This document shows, in pieces, positions 49,200-58,109 of a DNA stretch of 64,000 nucleotides; the stretch's first letter is position 1, and the number at the start of each line of letters is the position of its first letter. The notes beneath the pieces were generated by a model, which saw only the letters and a program-made list of their open reading frames with translations, made no database searches and had not been told where the DNA came from. The DNA is from a virus. The DNA lies in IMG/VR virus record IMGVR_UViG_3300006310_000773; one strand, 5' to 3'. The position numbers were made by a program, and so were the translations under genes.

Positions 49200-49424
49200 T
49201 TAATCGTTTGTTAAAGTTGGTTCGCCTCTATCGTAAAATTTCCAGCCTGTTCTACACGGCTTTTGTTTTCTTTTACCCCAAGCCTTATCTGTATATACAC
49301 CATCTCCGTGTTGATCGTATTCACACTCTGCAAAAAATGGTGTCATACCTCTTGGCCAATTATTTGTGTTGCTTGAACAACTACTCAAAAATAACATTAC
49401 AAAAACCAGTAATGCTATTCTCAT
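49200..49424 (-). CDS. Small lipoprotein
   Basis: LSSC lipobox and two further Cys. Confidence 0.65.
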   Translation of the reverse strand: MRIALLVFVMLFLSSCSSNTNNWPRGMTPFFAECEYDQHGDGVYTDKAWGKRKQKPCRTGWKFYDRGEPTLTND

Positions 49425-49657
49425 CCCCAGGGCCTCCGTTCTAAATCTAGATGTGGTGCTTTTTCATCCACACATTGTCTATAAGGTGTAACATTATGTC
49501 GATTAGACCAAATAGTACCTTTCTTATGTCCGCTTCTAGATCCATCGGTGTGTTCCACCCAATGACCAAAACAACCGGCCTTAACTTGTCTTACTGTTTC
49601 ACATCCTACAACCATCCATGTCGCCATCACTATAAAAATTAATAATAGCATTTTCAC
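49421..49657 (-). CDS. Small lipoprotein, paralog A
   Basis: VVGC lipobox; GCFGHWV...PYRQCVDE. Confidence 0.7.
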   Translation of the reverse strand: MKMLLLIFIVMATWMVVGCETVRQVKAGCFGHWVEHTDGSRSGHKKGTIWSNRHNVTPYRQCVDEKAPHLDLERRPWG

Positions 49658-49866
49658 AAATATCTCCGTTCTTTTAAATTGTTACCTTTGTTATTCTCAT
49701 CTACACATTGATAATAAGGCAAATGGGCATCTTTAAGAAGAGTTCGTGTTCCTCTATGATGTCCAGGTCCCTTAACCCAATGTCCATAACAACCTCCTGT
49801 ACTTATTCCACATCCAACAACTATCCATGTCGCCATCATTACGAAAAGTAATAATAGCTTATTCAT
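49654..49866 (-). CDS. Small lipoprotein, paralog B
   Basis: VVGC lipobox; GCYGHWV...PYYQCVDE. Confidence 0.7.
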   Translation of the reverse strand: MNKLLLLFVMMATWIVVGCGISTGGCYGHWVKGPGHHRGTRTLLKDAHLPYYQCVDENNKGNNLKERRYL

Positions 49867-50360
49867 TCACGCTCCTCTGGATTCTTTTGTTGACTATCAG
49901 TTTTATAGTCCCATTCATAGAAACTAATATCTCCACCAATTGTGATTCCACCATCTTGTTCTTTTTTACCTTCTTCGTCTCCCGGCCCCTCTTCTATTTC
50001 TTCACGTAAAACCATGAATTTTCCTTCTCCCTCTGATTTCTCTTTCACACCCTCTAACGCTTTATGTGTTTCTCTTGAATACACCAGCTGGTAAGATATA
50101 GGAATTTTTTCTTTATATACAATCCACAAATAAATCCAATTTGGTTCATCAATATAATGTTTAAGATACAATCCTTCTTTTGGTTTTTCAACTCTTGGAT
50201 ACCCCAATATTGAGGTATATGTTACATAAGTTGATGCAACCAAAACGAGAAAAAGTGGAATAAACCAAACCAAAAACTTTGGACTCTTTCTTTCTTCAAT
50301 CAATACCCATAGACATATGACTGCGAAAACAACTAATCCTAATATTAAACTCACTATCAT
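49863..50360 (-). CDS. Two-TM membrane protein
   Basis: Two N-terminal helices followed by LGYP and IYLW. Confidence 0.7.
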   Translation of the reverse strand: MIVSLILGLVVFAVICLWVLIEERKSPKFLVWFIPLFLVLVASTYVTYTSILGYPRVEKPKEGLYLKHYIDEPNWIYLWIVYKEKIPISYQLVYSRETHKALEGVKEKSEGEGKFMVLREEIEEGPGDEEGKKEQDGGITIGGDISFYEWDYKTDSQQKNPEERE

Positions 50361-51043
50361 CTTGCTGGATCTCCATCTTCATATGCGGCAGCGCCTGTTG
50401 GTGGAGCTGTATAGTTTCCCAATGCCTGCATCGGAGTCACAAACTTTTTCTTTTCAAATGTAAATGGTGGAAGAATTTTTCCGTCTTCATCTAATCTAAA
50501 TCTCAAAAAAGTTTCTTCTTGTCCTCTATGATTAAATTGTTTCTCTCCTACCCACAGTATTGAATACGGATTTACTTTGTGTAATTCAACCCTTACCGTT
50601 ATATTTGGTTTTGGAGGATTGACCTTATCATAACTTCTTAGTGAATAATAATGTCCATTGACAACATATTCACCCTTAATGATTCCACGAATAGTTACTA
50701 CTTCCCTATTAATTTTTACAGTTGAAATTGATCCATCCGCATTAACTACAGTATCATTCATTGCTCCCAAATCATCTTTATCCAAATGCATAAAGTTATG
50801 ATTATGATATCTGAAACTAACTTGTTTGCTCGTGGGATCTTCTACATAAAGATCAATGTCTCCACTAGCATCATGATCCCATTCCATCACAACAACAAAC
50901 TCAGCTCTTCTATTGAAATCTTCTTTTTTCGCTTCAGGTTTTATTAGAAGAAACGCGATAATGAAAAGAAACGCAAATCCAACAAGAATGTTAAAAAGCA
51001 GATCTGTAAAACCAATAGTGGATTTATATTTTTCATTATTCAT
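50357..51043 (-). CDS. Single-TM MotB/ExbD-like partner with a periplasmic domain
   Basis: FTDLLFNILVGF helix with a membrane Asp; WDHDASGDIDLYVEDP and LDKDDLG. Confidence 0.65.
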   Translation of the reverse strand: MNNEKYKSTIGFTDLLFNILVGFAFLFIIAFLLIKPEAKKEDFNRRAEFVVVMEWDHDASGDIDLYVEDPTSKQVSFRYHNHNFMHLDKDDLGAMNDTVVNADGSISTVKINREVVTIRGIIKGEYVVNGHYYSLRSYDKVNPPKPNITVRVELHKVNPYSILWVGEKQFNHRGQEETFLRFRLDEDGKILPPFTFEKKKFVTPMQALGNYTAPPTGAAAYEDGDPAR

Positions 51044-51494
51044 TTAGCGCTACTTCAAGATTCACTAATTGAACCTTGATGAGAAGTGAACATACCAATC
51101 CAACCAGAGTTGTCCAAAGGGCAGTACTCATCCCTATTGCCATGTCTGATAATGCTTGTTGCAGTGTCGATGCATTTGATACATCAACATTTTCAAATGC
51201 CGTCCCTAGCATTATTAGAAAACCTGTAACAGTTCCCACCATTCCAAGTGCAAGACATGATTCAGATATGAACCACCCTACATCACTTTTTTGATCATAA
51301 TCTTGTTGTACTCCAACCTTATAAGTTTTTGCACCTATCCAAACTGAAGTACATACAAAAATAGAAAGTATAAAAAAGCTTAAACGTGTTACATCAGCTT
51401 CATATAATTCTTTATGTATATTAAAATAAAAACATGTACATAATCCTAATGCTGTAACACAAACTATTAACCACCATTTTAGTAAAGATGACAT
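51036..51494 (-). CDS. MotA/TolQ/ExbB proton channel family protein
   Basis: LGMVGTVTGFLIML and GMSTALWTTLVGL. Confidence 0.88.
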   Translation of the reverse strand: MSSLLKWWLIVCVTALGLCTCFYFNIHKELYEADVTRLSFFILSIFVCTSVWIGAKTYKVGVQQDYDQKSDVGWFISESCLALGMVGTVTGFLIMLGTAFENVDVSNASTLQQALSDMAIGMSTALWTTLVGLVCSLLIKVQLVNLEVALNE

Positions 51495-51594
51495 CTAACT
51501 CCTTTTTTATATGTCCATATTGATTCATGATTATGTCGCCTGATTCGGCGAAGCGCTATTCTTTAAGAATATTCCATTTCATCATATATTTATG

Positions 51595-51876
51595 CTATCT
51601 ATGACCAGACCAGTTCAAATAAGGGTCATCATACATTTCCATTTGCTCTTGTTCCCGTCTTTGCATTCTCATTTCATCTGCTCTTTCTTCATCAATTACA
51701 TGTTGAGGTATCGCCCATTGCATTGTTTCTTCTTCACCTGTCCATCTAGCAGAGACTATTGGATAAGTTTCCCAAGCTCTTGCTACTGCTTCTTCACCCC
51801 CACGACATAACTTTTTTGTTCCATCTTCAAAAGTTAGTTCTACTACTTTAACTTTTTCTGTCCAGTAATTACTCAT
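51595..51876 (-). CDS. Hypothetical protein
   Basis: ORF; start moved to MSNYW after a GGA RBS. Confidence 0.6.
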   Translation of the reverse strand: MSNYWTEKVKVVELTFEDGTKKLCRGGEEAVARAWETYPIVSARWTGEEETMQWAIPQHVIDEERADEMRMQRREQEQMEMYDDPYLNWSGHR

Positions 51877-52234
51877 GTCCTGTTGTCCTATAATAAGCAG
51901 TTGAAGGTACGATTCCACCATGTTTTCGAAGAACTTTATCAATTATACCCACAGGAACATAAGGATATACAGTTCTTGTATAATCAATGTCATCTTCAAA
52001 ACCATGTCCTTCGGCATATGATTCAATTAATGATTCGTGTTCTGAAGGAAATCCAATTTCAACTTTAGAATATTTTTTAGATGTTTTTCGTAGTTCAGAA
52101 TATATACCTGTACCCACCTGTATTGACATAGAAAATCCATCAGCACAAGTAACGCGTGGAAGTGGCATACCTATACGTGGAGATATTTTACTATCCAAAT
52201 TTTCTGTTATATATTCATTTATATTTACTTTCAT
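51869..52234 (-). CDS. Conserved hypothetical phage protein
   Basis: CADGFSMSIQ, VEIGFPS, TVYPYVP and KHGG. Confidence 0.7.
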   Translation of the reverse strand: MKVNINEYITENLDSKISPRIGMPLPRVTCADGFSMSIQVGTGIYSELRKTSKKYSKVEIGFPSEHESLIESYAEGHGFEDDIDYTRTVYPYVPVGIIDKVLRKHGGIVPSTAYYRTTGHE

Positions 52235-52475
52235 TAGTGCCTTTCTCAATAAAACATTCATTTTTAACCATGTTCTCAAATACATTAAACAACTTCTTGC
52301 ATCTAATATCATGTAATTCACTTAGCCCAATCAGAACATTCGTAAGTTGATCTTCTGTCATTGGGCCGTCAGGGTCATCCATCATGTGACTAGTTATTGA
52401 TTCAAGATCGTCTTTAGTATTCCAGACTGTCATGATTTCTGCTTCTAAATTAAATCTATCATATTTTTGTGTCAT
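52215..52475 (-). CDS. Conserved hypothetical phage protein
   Basis: DRFNLEAEIM.VW motif. Confidence 0.65.
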   Translation of the reverse strand: MTQKYDRFNLEAEIMTVWNTKDDLESITSHMMDDPDGPMTEDQLTNVLIGLSELHDIRCKKLFNVFENMVKNECFIEKGTNESKYK

Positions 52476-52614
52476 AATATTAATTCCATAATTGTTGGTT
52501 TACATACATAGACTGCCCCATTCAGGTGAACAAGTGTTATCAATTGTTACCCAAATTAAGATTATAGGAAGTCCATATTTCCAAATAAACAGAGCAATAA
52601 AATCTATTCCCATA

Positions 52615-52827
52615 TCATTCTGGATATTGTAATCCTTTTTGTTCTATCTGAAAATTTAGTTCATTTCTAACAAGTTGTAATACTCCATCTCTATCTTGTT
52701 CATATTTGATCTTGTTTCGAATAAACTCATCTAAGTGCCAAACAAGAAGTGCCCAATCCATACCCTTATTAGCGGCATTAAATTGTTCTTCTTCTTCTGG
52801 TAAATTAAATTCTAATATTGCTTTCAT
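52615..52827 (-). CDS. Conserved hypothetical phage protein
   Basis: MKAILEFNLPEE motif. Confidence 0.65.
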   Translation of the reverse strand: MKAILEFNLPEEEEQFNAANKGMDWALLVWHLDEFIRNKIKYEQDRDGVLQLVRNELNFQIEQKGLQYPE

Positions 52828-52831
52828 AATA

Positions 52832-53482
52832 TCATCCTATAAATCGATTTCCTTTACTCATATTCCACTCAGCCCACTCTGGTTTGAGATTACTTAATGC
52901 GAAACATTCTTTTATTTGGTCTATACTAGTGAAGTATGATTGAGGTATTCGATGATCTATGTGCCATTTCCCTTGATTTTCCCATGTCATACCGTCTTTG
53001 AATAATGATTCTAAATGTACCTTTAGTTCTTCTGCTGTGTATCCTAGTAGCTCTTCTGTTCTTCCTGTCTTTGTTCCTCCTACTTGTTTGAGGAAATGAT
53101 GTAAATGTCTTTTTCTAATCTCTTTTAATCTATATACCGGCTCACTATGGTATCTTTTCATTTTATATTCAGTTCTCCATTTCTTTGCGGCCGGTGTAGC
53201 CTCCCAAACCCTCGCACTCTCTCGTATTTTGTCTGGATTGTTTTTTCTATATTGTTTCCCATACAATAATCGTTCTTCACGATTCTCTTGGTAGTATCGT
53301 TTCATACCTTCATCAATGAGTTTTTTATTATTTTTTCTCCAAAGGGCCCTACATGGTTTACACGCACCACTGTGTCTACCTTTCGAGTTTGATGTCTCAT
53401 GTACTGTCTCTTTATCACATCTTTTACAGAATGCAATATAGGTTTTATCTTTATTCTTTATAGCTTTTTGTCTTGGACGCAT
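52832..53482 (-). CDS. HNH homing endonuclease-like protein
   Basis: CxxC pairs, GMTWENQGKWHIDHRIP and NLKPEWAEWNMSKGN. Confidence 0.85.
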   Translation of the reverse strand: MRPRQKAIKNKDKTYIAFCKRCDKETVHETSNSKGRHSGACKPCRALWRKNNKKLIDEGMKRYYQENREERLLYGKQYRKNNPDKIRESARVWEATPAAKKWRTEYKMKRYHSEPVYRLKEIRKRHLHHFLKQVGGTKTGRTEELLGYTAEELKVHLESLFKDGMTWENQGKWHIDHRIPQSYFTSIDQIKECFALSNLKPEWAEWNMSKGNRFIG

Positions 53483-53499
53483 TTCAATCCTTTAAATTT

Positions 53500-53576
53500 T
53501 GGTAGGCGAGGTTGGAATTGAACCAACGACCTCCACCGTATCAGAGTGGCATTCTAACCTGCTGAACTACTCGCCT
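53500..53576 (-). tRNA. tRNA-Ile(GAT)
   Basis: CCACT-CTGATAC-GGTGG anticodon arm; CCA encoded. Confidence 0.93.
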
Positions 53577-53577
53577 A

Positions 53578-53656
53578 TGGCGGCTCCAATGGGATTTGAA
53601 CCCATGTTACAGGATTGACAATCCTGCGTCCTAGGCCGAAACTAGACGATGGAGCC
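53578..53656 (-). tRNA. tRNA-Asp(GTC)
   Basis: CAGGA-TTGTCAA-TCCTG anticodon arm; CCA encoded. Confidence 0.93.
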
Positions 53657-53658
53657 GT

Positions 53659-53744
53659 TGGTGGGAAGGGATGGAGTCGAACCATCACAGTCGTTAGACG
53701 GCAGATTTACAGTCTGTTGAGCTCCCCTTTTGCACAGCCTTCCC
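53659..53744 (-). tRNA. tRNA-Tyr(GTA)
   Basis: ACAGA-CTGTAAA-TCTGC anticodon arm, long variable arm, CCA encoded. Confidence 0.9.
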
Positions 53745-53746
53745 AT

Positions 53747-53822
53747 TGGCTCCCCTGGCCGGACTCGAACCAGCGACCCGATGATTAACAGTCATCTGCT
53801 CTACCAACTGAGCTACAGAGGA
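53747..53822 (-). tRNA. tRNA-Asn(GTT)
   Basis: TCCTCTGTAGCTCAGTTGGTAGAGC start and GATGA-CTGTTAA-TCATC anticodon arm. Confidence 0.95.
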
Positions 53823-53825
53823 ATA

Positions 53826-54347
53826 TTAATTTTTTTCATATGATTCTTGAAACTCTTTGTAAAAAGCATTAAACATTACCATCAATCCTTCTTCTCTACC
53901 AAACGCTTCTATTTCCCAAGGAAGATCATAATATGCATCTAATCTCAAATCTTCACCAATTACAAATCCTGAAGGAATGCCCTTCCAACACATTTGATGT
54001 TTACGATAACACAATTCTTTTAAAATATACTGCTTAGCATGAACCAATTCATGTACAAGCGTTCTAAAAAATTTATATTCATCTTTTAACATTAAAGAAT
54101 TGATATAAATTTTTATATGATTCTTATTAATCTTTTCTATCGTCTCTTCTTCTAATCCTTCTGGCCAAGTAACACCAAACTCATGCTCTTCCATCTTCTT
54201 TAAATGAACATCTATCTGTACTTTATTGTAAATATAATTACTTTCAATAAATCTATTCATAACATAATGGCAGATTAAGGAAACCCTCAATCTAAAATCT
54301 GTTATATGTGATGTTTGGTTACATCCTGAATAAGTGCTTATAATCAT
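53826..54347 (-). CDS. Zinc metallopeptidase-like protein
   Basis: HELVHAKQY (HExxH) and PWEIEA. Confidence 0.8.
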   Translation of the reverse strand: MIISTYSGCNQTSHITDFRLRVSLICHYVMNRFIESNYIYNKVQIDVHLKKMEEHEFGVTWPEGLEEETIEKINKNHIKIYINSLMLKDEYKFFRTLVHELVHAKQYILKELCYRKHQMCWKGIPSGFVIGEDLRLDAYYDLPWEIEAFGREEGLMVMFNAFYKEFQESYEKN

Positions 54348-54363
54348 ATCATTTTTATTTATG

Positions 54364-54409
54364 AAAAAGGCCGAGGACGCGAGAGAAATTGAGAGAAACG
54401 CCCCCGACC
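54364..54409 (-). terminator. Intrinsic terminator with a large pyrimidine-rich loop
   Basis: GGTCGGGGGCG...CGTCCTCGGCC followed by TTTTT. Confidence 0.7.
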
Positions 54410-54425
54410 GAAGGAGGGAATGATT

Positions 54426-54956
54426 TTAATTAACTGCTGAATCCGCAATAAATCCTGTTGCCCACTCTCTTAACTCGACAACATAATCATCATATTCACC
54501 GTTCCATTTGGAACCTTCTAAACGAGATGCAGTTTCAAGTACATCTTTCAAAACATCATCAGACATTGCTTCAAACTCAGACCAATAATTTTCAAAACCA
54601 CCATCAGAAGTATCTCCCCATCCGGTCATTTTCGCATACAACCATTCATCTCTATCAACATCATAAAGATATGCAAATTCCCAATCAGAATGTGTACAAT
54701 CGTGTTTAAATTCTTCCATATTCTCATATACAGAAGCCTCTTCTTTATTTGCTGAACCTGATAAAGACTCTTCAAGATTTTCACTTAATGAAGAATAATA
54801 TCCACCTTCAACAACTTTTCTAGCACCTTCTGCTGAGTTGAATTCACTTAACAAAGTCATTCCAACACCAGCCAAATATCCATCATAATGAACATAGGCG
54901 GAAGTAATCTCTACTGAATTACTTTCTCTTACTGCTACAACTGATCTAGTTCCCAT
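54426..54956 (-). CDS. Conserved hypothetical phage protein
   Basis: MGTRS...YVHYDGY..GVG..L; first gene after an early promoter. Confidence 0.75.
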   Translation of the reverse strand: MGTRSVVAVRESNSVEITSAYVHYDGYLAGVGMTLLSEFNSAEGARKVVEGGYYSSLSENLEESLSGSANKEEASVYENMEEFKHDCTHSDWEFAYLYDVDRDEWLYAKMTGWGDTSDGGFENYWSEFEAMSDDVLKDVLETASRLEGSKWNGEYDDYVVELREWATGFIADSAVN

Positions 54957-54990
54957 TTTTTTTCTCTCGTTAGGGGTTAATCATTTTTTA

Positions 54991-55047
54991 TTACAGGTAT
55001 ATTATACCAGGTTCCAGGCACAAAGTCAAGTTTTATTCAGGCTTTTT
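54991..55047 (-). promoter_or_regulatory. Early promoter repeat, copy 1
   Basis: AAAAGCCTGAATAAAAC-TTGACT-17 nt-TATAAT. Confidence 0.85.
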
Positions 55048-55270
55048 AATTGAGAACATAGGGGATTTCTTCATTTATAGTACCATAAAGATCACTCCAA
55101 ATAGTTGAGAATACACTATCCACATTATCTCTATCCAATATCAAAAAATCTCCATAAGTATCAATGATGATATAGTTACCGCCATCTTTAAATTTGCGGA
55201 TCAAATATTCTTCCGCCACATCAACCTCATCAGAAATATCGATTAACTCTTGAAAGTTTTTTATATTCAT
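55046..55270 (-). CDS. Hypothetical protein
   Basis: ORF tiles the operon. Confidence 0.6.
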   Translation of the reverse strand: MNIKNFQELIDISDEVDVAEEYLIRKFKDGGNYIIIDTYGDFLILDRDNVDSVFSTIWSDLYGTINEEIPYVLN

Positions 55271-55497
55271 TTATGCAAATTTTTCTTTGTGTTCTCCAAA
55301 CAAGTTTTGGCTCTCTCAAGTTTCTTCTTTCGAATCTTTTCAATCAGTTCATGATTCGAAGGATTAACTTTAATAACATTTTTATCTTTCAAAATCTTTG
55401 ACACAAATTCACTATTTGCTTTATGTGCAGAAATTTGTTTTTCAAGTAAACTAATCGCAGATTCTCTTCTTAAATGTCTTCCTTGTGCACCTTTCAT
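55267..55497 (-). CDS. Hypothetical basic protein
   Basis: ORF with AGGAG RBS. Confidence 0.6.
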   Translation of the reverse strand: MKGAQGRHLRRESAISLLEKQISAHKANSEFVSKILKDKNVIKVNPSNHELIEKIRKKKLERAKTCLENTKKNLHK

Positions 55498-55627
55498 AAT
55501 CTTTCTCCTTTCATATAATCTATAAAACCAAACGCTAAACCAAGAAATAACGCAGACACTATTATATCACCACCCATAAATCCTATCCAATATAATCCAT
55601 ACATACCAATTACATATCTAAGATATT

Positions 55628-56254
55628 TCATGGATTCCAATTCTTAACATGTGTTTTAAATTCTTCTAATGTACAATCAATTAAAAAACTCTCATCTTCT
55701 ATACCCTCAGGTAAATATACTTTTGCTGATTTTGAATTATTAAGTTGAGCATCAAGTGGTCTTAGGTTCTCCAAGCTCCACGTCTTTTGAAATTGTTTAC
55801 AAAAGTCATAAGGCTCTTTCATGTGAGGGCCAAAAAATGCTCTAGGAATTTTATGTTCTATTTGCCAATGTCCATCACCACGTCCATTATTTTCCCAAGT
55901 CATCCACGATTCAAATAAGGATTCCATATGTTTATCAAAATCAGCTCTATCATAATCTACTTTAGAATAAACACCAGAAATATAATTATGTACTTTTTCC
56001 CAGGGCTGACGCTCCAATCTCATTGCCGTTGTTAATGCTCTACGTTCTGATGTATCATACTTATGATCCTTTTTAGATCTTTGTATTCTTACACACGGTA
56101 TACAATAATTGGGATGCTTATATCCCTTACTAGAAGTGACTGCAGAAAAATTCCCATGCTCTGGAAGAATACCACAATTTTTACATTCACGCATTGCTTC
56201 CATTCCAGGAAGAGATTGCGTTTCAAAAAATATTTTATCCCAAGGTCTATTCAT
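55628..56254 (-). CDS. HNH endonuclease-like protein
   Basis: WMTWENNG...WQIEHKIP and ENLRPL...NNSKS; same family as 52832..53482. Confidence 0.8.
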   Translation of the reverse strand: MNRPWDKIFFETQSLPGMEAMRECKNCGILPEHGNFSAVTSSKGYKHPNYCIPCVRIQRSKKDHKYDTSERRALTTAMRLERQPWEKVHNYISGVYSKVDYDRADFDKHMESLFESWMTWENNGRGDGHWQIEHKIPRAFFGPHMKEPYDFCKQFQKTWSLENLRPLDAQLNNSKSAKVYLPEGIEDESFLIDCTLEEFKTHVKNWNP

Positions 56255-56275
56255 AATTAACCTAACATAATATGT

Positions 56276-56470
56276 TTATAATATAAATCTATCTTTCAAT
56301 TTAATATCAGCGAGTGTTCCACATTCAGGACAATGTGCTTCTGTTTTAGGAAGTTTTAAACTTTGTGAATTTTGTAACATCTGCGCGTTTGGAGTCATTG
56401 CGTATGACCACCAATTTTTACACTTACTGCAAGTATAATGATATAAAATCTCAATTGTATATTCGTGCAT
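56276..56470 (-). CDS. Small zinc-ribbon protein
   Basis: CSKC...CPECG. Confidence 0.65.
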   Translation of the reverse strand: MHEYTIEILYHYTCSKCKNWWSYAMTPNAQMLQNSQSLKLPKTEAHCPECGTLADIKLKDRFIL

Positions 56471-56494
56471 TTTTTCCTATAGGCGCGGGAAAAA

Positions 56495-56734
56495 AAGAAC
56501 CATGCAGTTGCCCTTAGCCTTCGATACCTAAAACCTTTGGTCTGCGAACTTCTCACGAATCGTCATCACCGCTCTAGTGTATGCATTTCTGCAACAACTT
56601 GCACATAACATTCCTACCTCAGAGTCACGAGTGGGGGAGTTACCCCTAGTAGAGCAGTACACGAACTGTTACTATCTCTGAACCATTCCAACCATTGGGT
56701 TTAACCCCATCTTACTCAGAATGCTTAGGTTCTT
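56495..56734 (-). ncRNA. Candidate structured ncRNA (about 240 nt)
   Basis: No ORF of 60 aa or more, raised GC, closing helix AAGAACC/GGTTCTT followed by a U-run, several internal helices. Confidence 0.6.
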
Positions 56735-57064
56735 AATTTTTATAAACTTAAAACAACAACTGATGCAAGGTAAAACATACCAAACAATAATACAGCTGTT
56801 GCAATTTCTTCTAACCACATTTTCATATCTAACTTATATATAAAATATTGTATCAAATATCATTACAAACATTGGTAATAAAATCAATGCAAGAAATAAA
56901 ATATGATATGTTGTTCTTTCAATTCTCTCAATCATAATGTAAATAATTTGCCTGTTTGAAGTACATACATTATATACCAATTCCATTTCTCGAAAAAAGA
57001 TATATAAGAATATGCTATAATCAATAAAATAATAACTCTTAAATTAAAAATGTTTAGTACCATA

Positions 57065-57370
57065 TTAAAATAAACTCGTATACATTCCAGTATGAGCAGT
57101 AAACTGATCTGTCAACATATCATTGTAAATATTATTATATTCTGTGACAGATTTTTTCTCACCCATTTTGGAAACTTTAGCAAATTCCATATCATAAGTA
57201 TCCATTGAGTTCAATGTGATTTTCAAATAATTAGAATTTGAACTGTTTCGACCAATCTTCATTACAAGACCTTCAGCAAAACCCATAAAGTGTTTCGCTC
57301 CGGTCATCATACGGAATTTGTTTCCACCTAGTTGTTCTAGAATTGTTTTTGCTACTGACATATTACTCAT
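57065..57370 (-). CDS. Conserved hypothetical phage protein
   Basis: AKTILEQLGGNKFRMMTGAK...TGMYTSL. Confidence 0.75.
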   Translation of the reverse strand: MSNMSVAKTILEQLGGNKFRMMTGAKHFMGFAEGLVMKIGRNSSNSNYLKITLNSMDTYDMEFAKVSKMGEKKSVTEYNNIYNDMLTDQFTAHTGMYTSLF

Positions 57371-57564
57371 GAAATTATCTCGGCTAAAAGTGCATCATTT
57401 TCCATTTCAAGTCTTTCAATCCTTTCCTTTAGAAACTCTATGTGATATCGCTCAGCTGGATAGTTTTCATTCCAAGCAGTTTCTTCTGTATCATTTACTG
57501 GATCAAAAATTGCTTCAGAATCTTCTCCAAAGTCTTCTTCTATTGCCCTTACATAATTGCTCAT
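57367..57564 (-). CDS. Hypothetical acidic protein
   Basis: ORF with GGAG RBS. Confidence 0.6.
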   Translation of the reverse strand: MSNYVRAIEEDFGEDSEAIFDPVNDTEETAWNENYPAERYHIEFLKERIERLEMENDALLAEIIS

Positions 57565-57749
57565 ATTGCTCCTAAATCACTAAGGTAATTTTCTAATACA
57601 TGATAATCACTTATCTCTTCTTCAGAAGAATCATCATCAATATCTACACCGGCTCCATGAGCCTCAAAATAAGAACCAACTAGTTCTTCTAAACTTCTAT
57701 TTAAACTTAAATCAATTTCCATAATTTTCTCTCTTTCTCAATTATTAAC

Positions 57750-57807
57750 TTACAGGTATATTATATCAGGTTCCAGGCACAATGTCAAGTTTTATTCAGG
57801 CTTTTTT
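57750..57807 (-). promoter_or_regulatory. Early promoter repeat, copy 2
   Basis: Near-identical to copy 1; TTGACA-17 nt-TATAAT. Confidence 0.85.
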
Positions 57808-57883
57808 TGGTAGGCGATGCTGGAATCGAACCAGCGACAATCTGCGTGTAAAACAGGCGCTCTCCCTACTGAGCTAATCGCCT
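57808..57883 (-). tRNA. tRNA-Val(TAC)
   Basis: AGGCGATTAGCTCAG start, loop TTTACAC, GTTCGATTC T-loop, CCA encoded. Confidence 0.92.
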
Positions 57884-57896
57884 ATTAAACTATCTC

Positions 57897-58109
57897 TTAT
57901 GAATATTTCGCAACAATTGCTGCGAGATCTTCTTTAGATAGTGAATCCTTAATGGAAACACATTTACCATTTTCCTTCTTCATCGCCGCAGGGGTCATCT
58001 TCGCCCATGCTGCTTTTGAAGAACCAAGTCCCTTATTATTTGAATAAGAGGTAATGAACATTGGATCACATTTTTCGTGATTCGTAGAACGGATATTTGA
58101 ACCTGCCAT
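57897..58109 (-). CDS. Hypothetical protein
   Basis: ORF after promoter copy 3. Confidence 0.6.
   Translation of the reverse strand: MAGSNIRSTNHEKCDPMFITSYSNNKGLGSSKAAWAKMTPAAMKKENGKCVSIKDSLSKEDLAAIVAKYS

Noticed and set aside
50357-51494. Zorya defence system (ZorAB)
   Set aside because: The MotA-like protein has no long cytoplasmic tail, the partner has no OmpA-like domain, and no ZorC/D/E is adjacent.
56495-56734. RNase P RNA or group I intron
   Set aside because: It lacks the GAGGAAAGUCC P4 signature and a recognisable P7 core, and it does not interrupt a gene.
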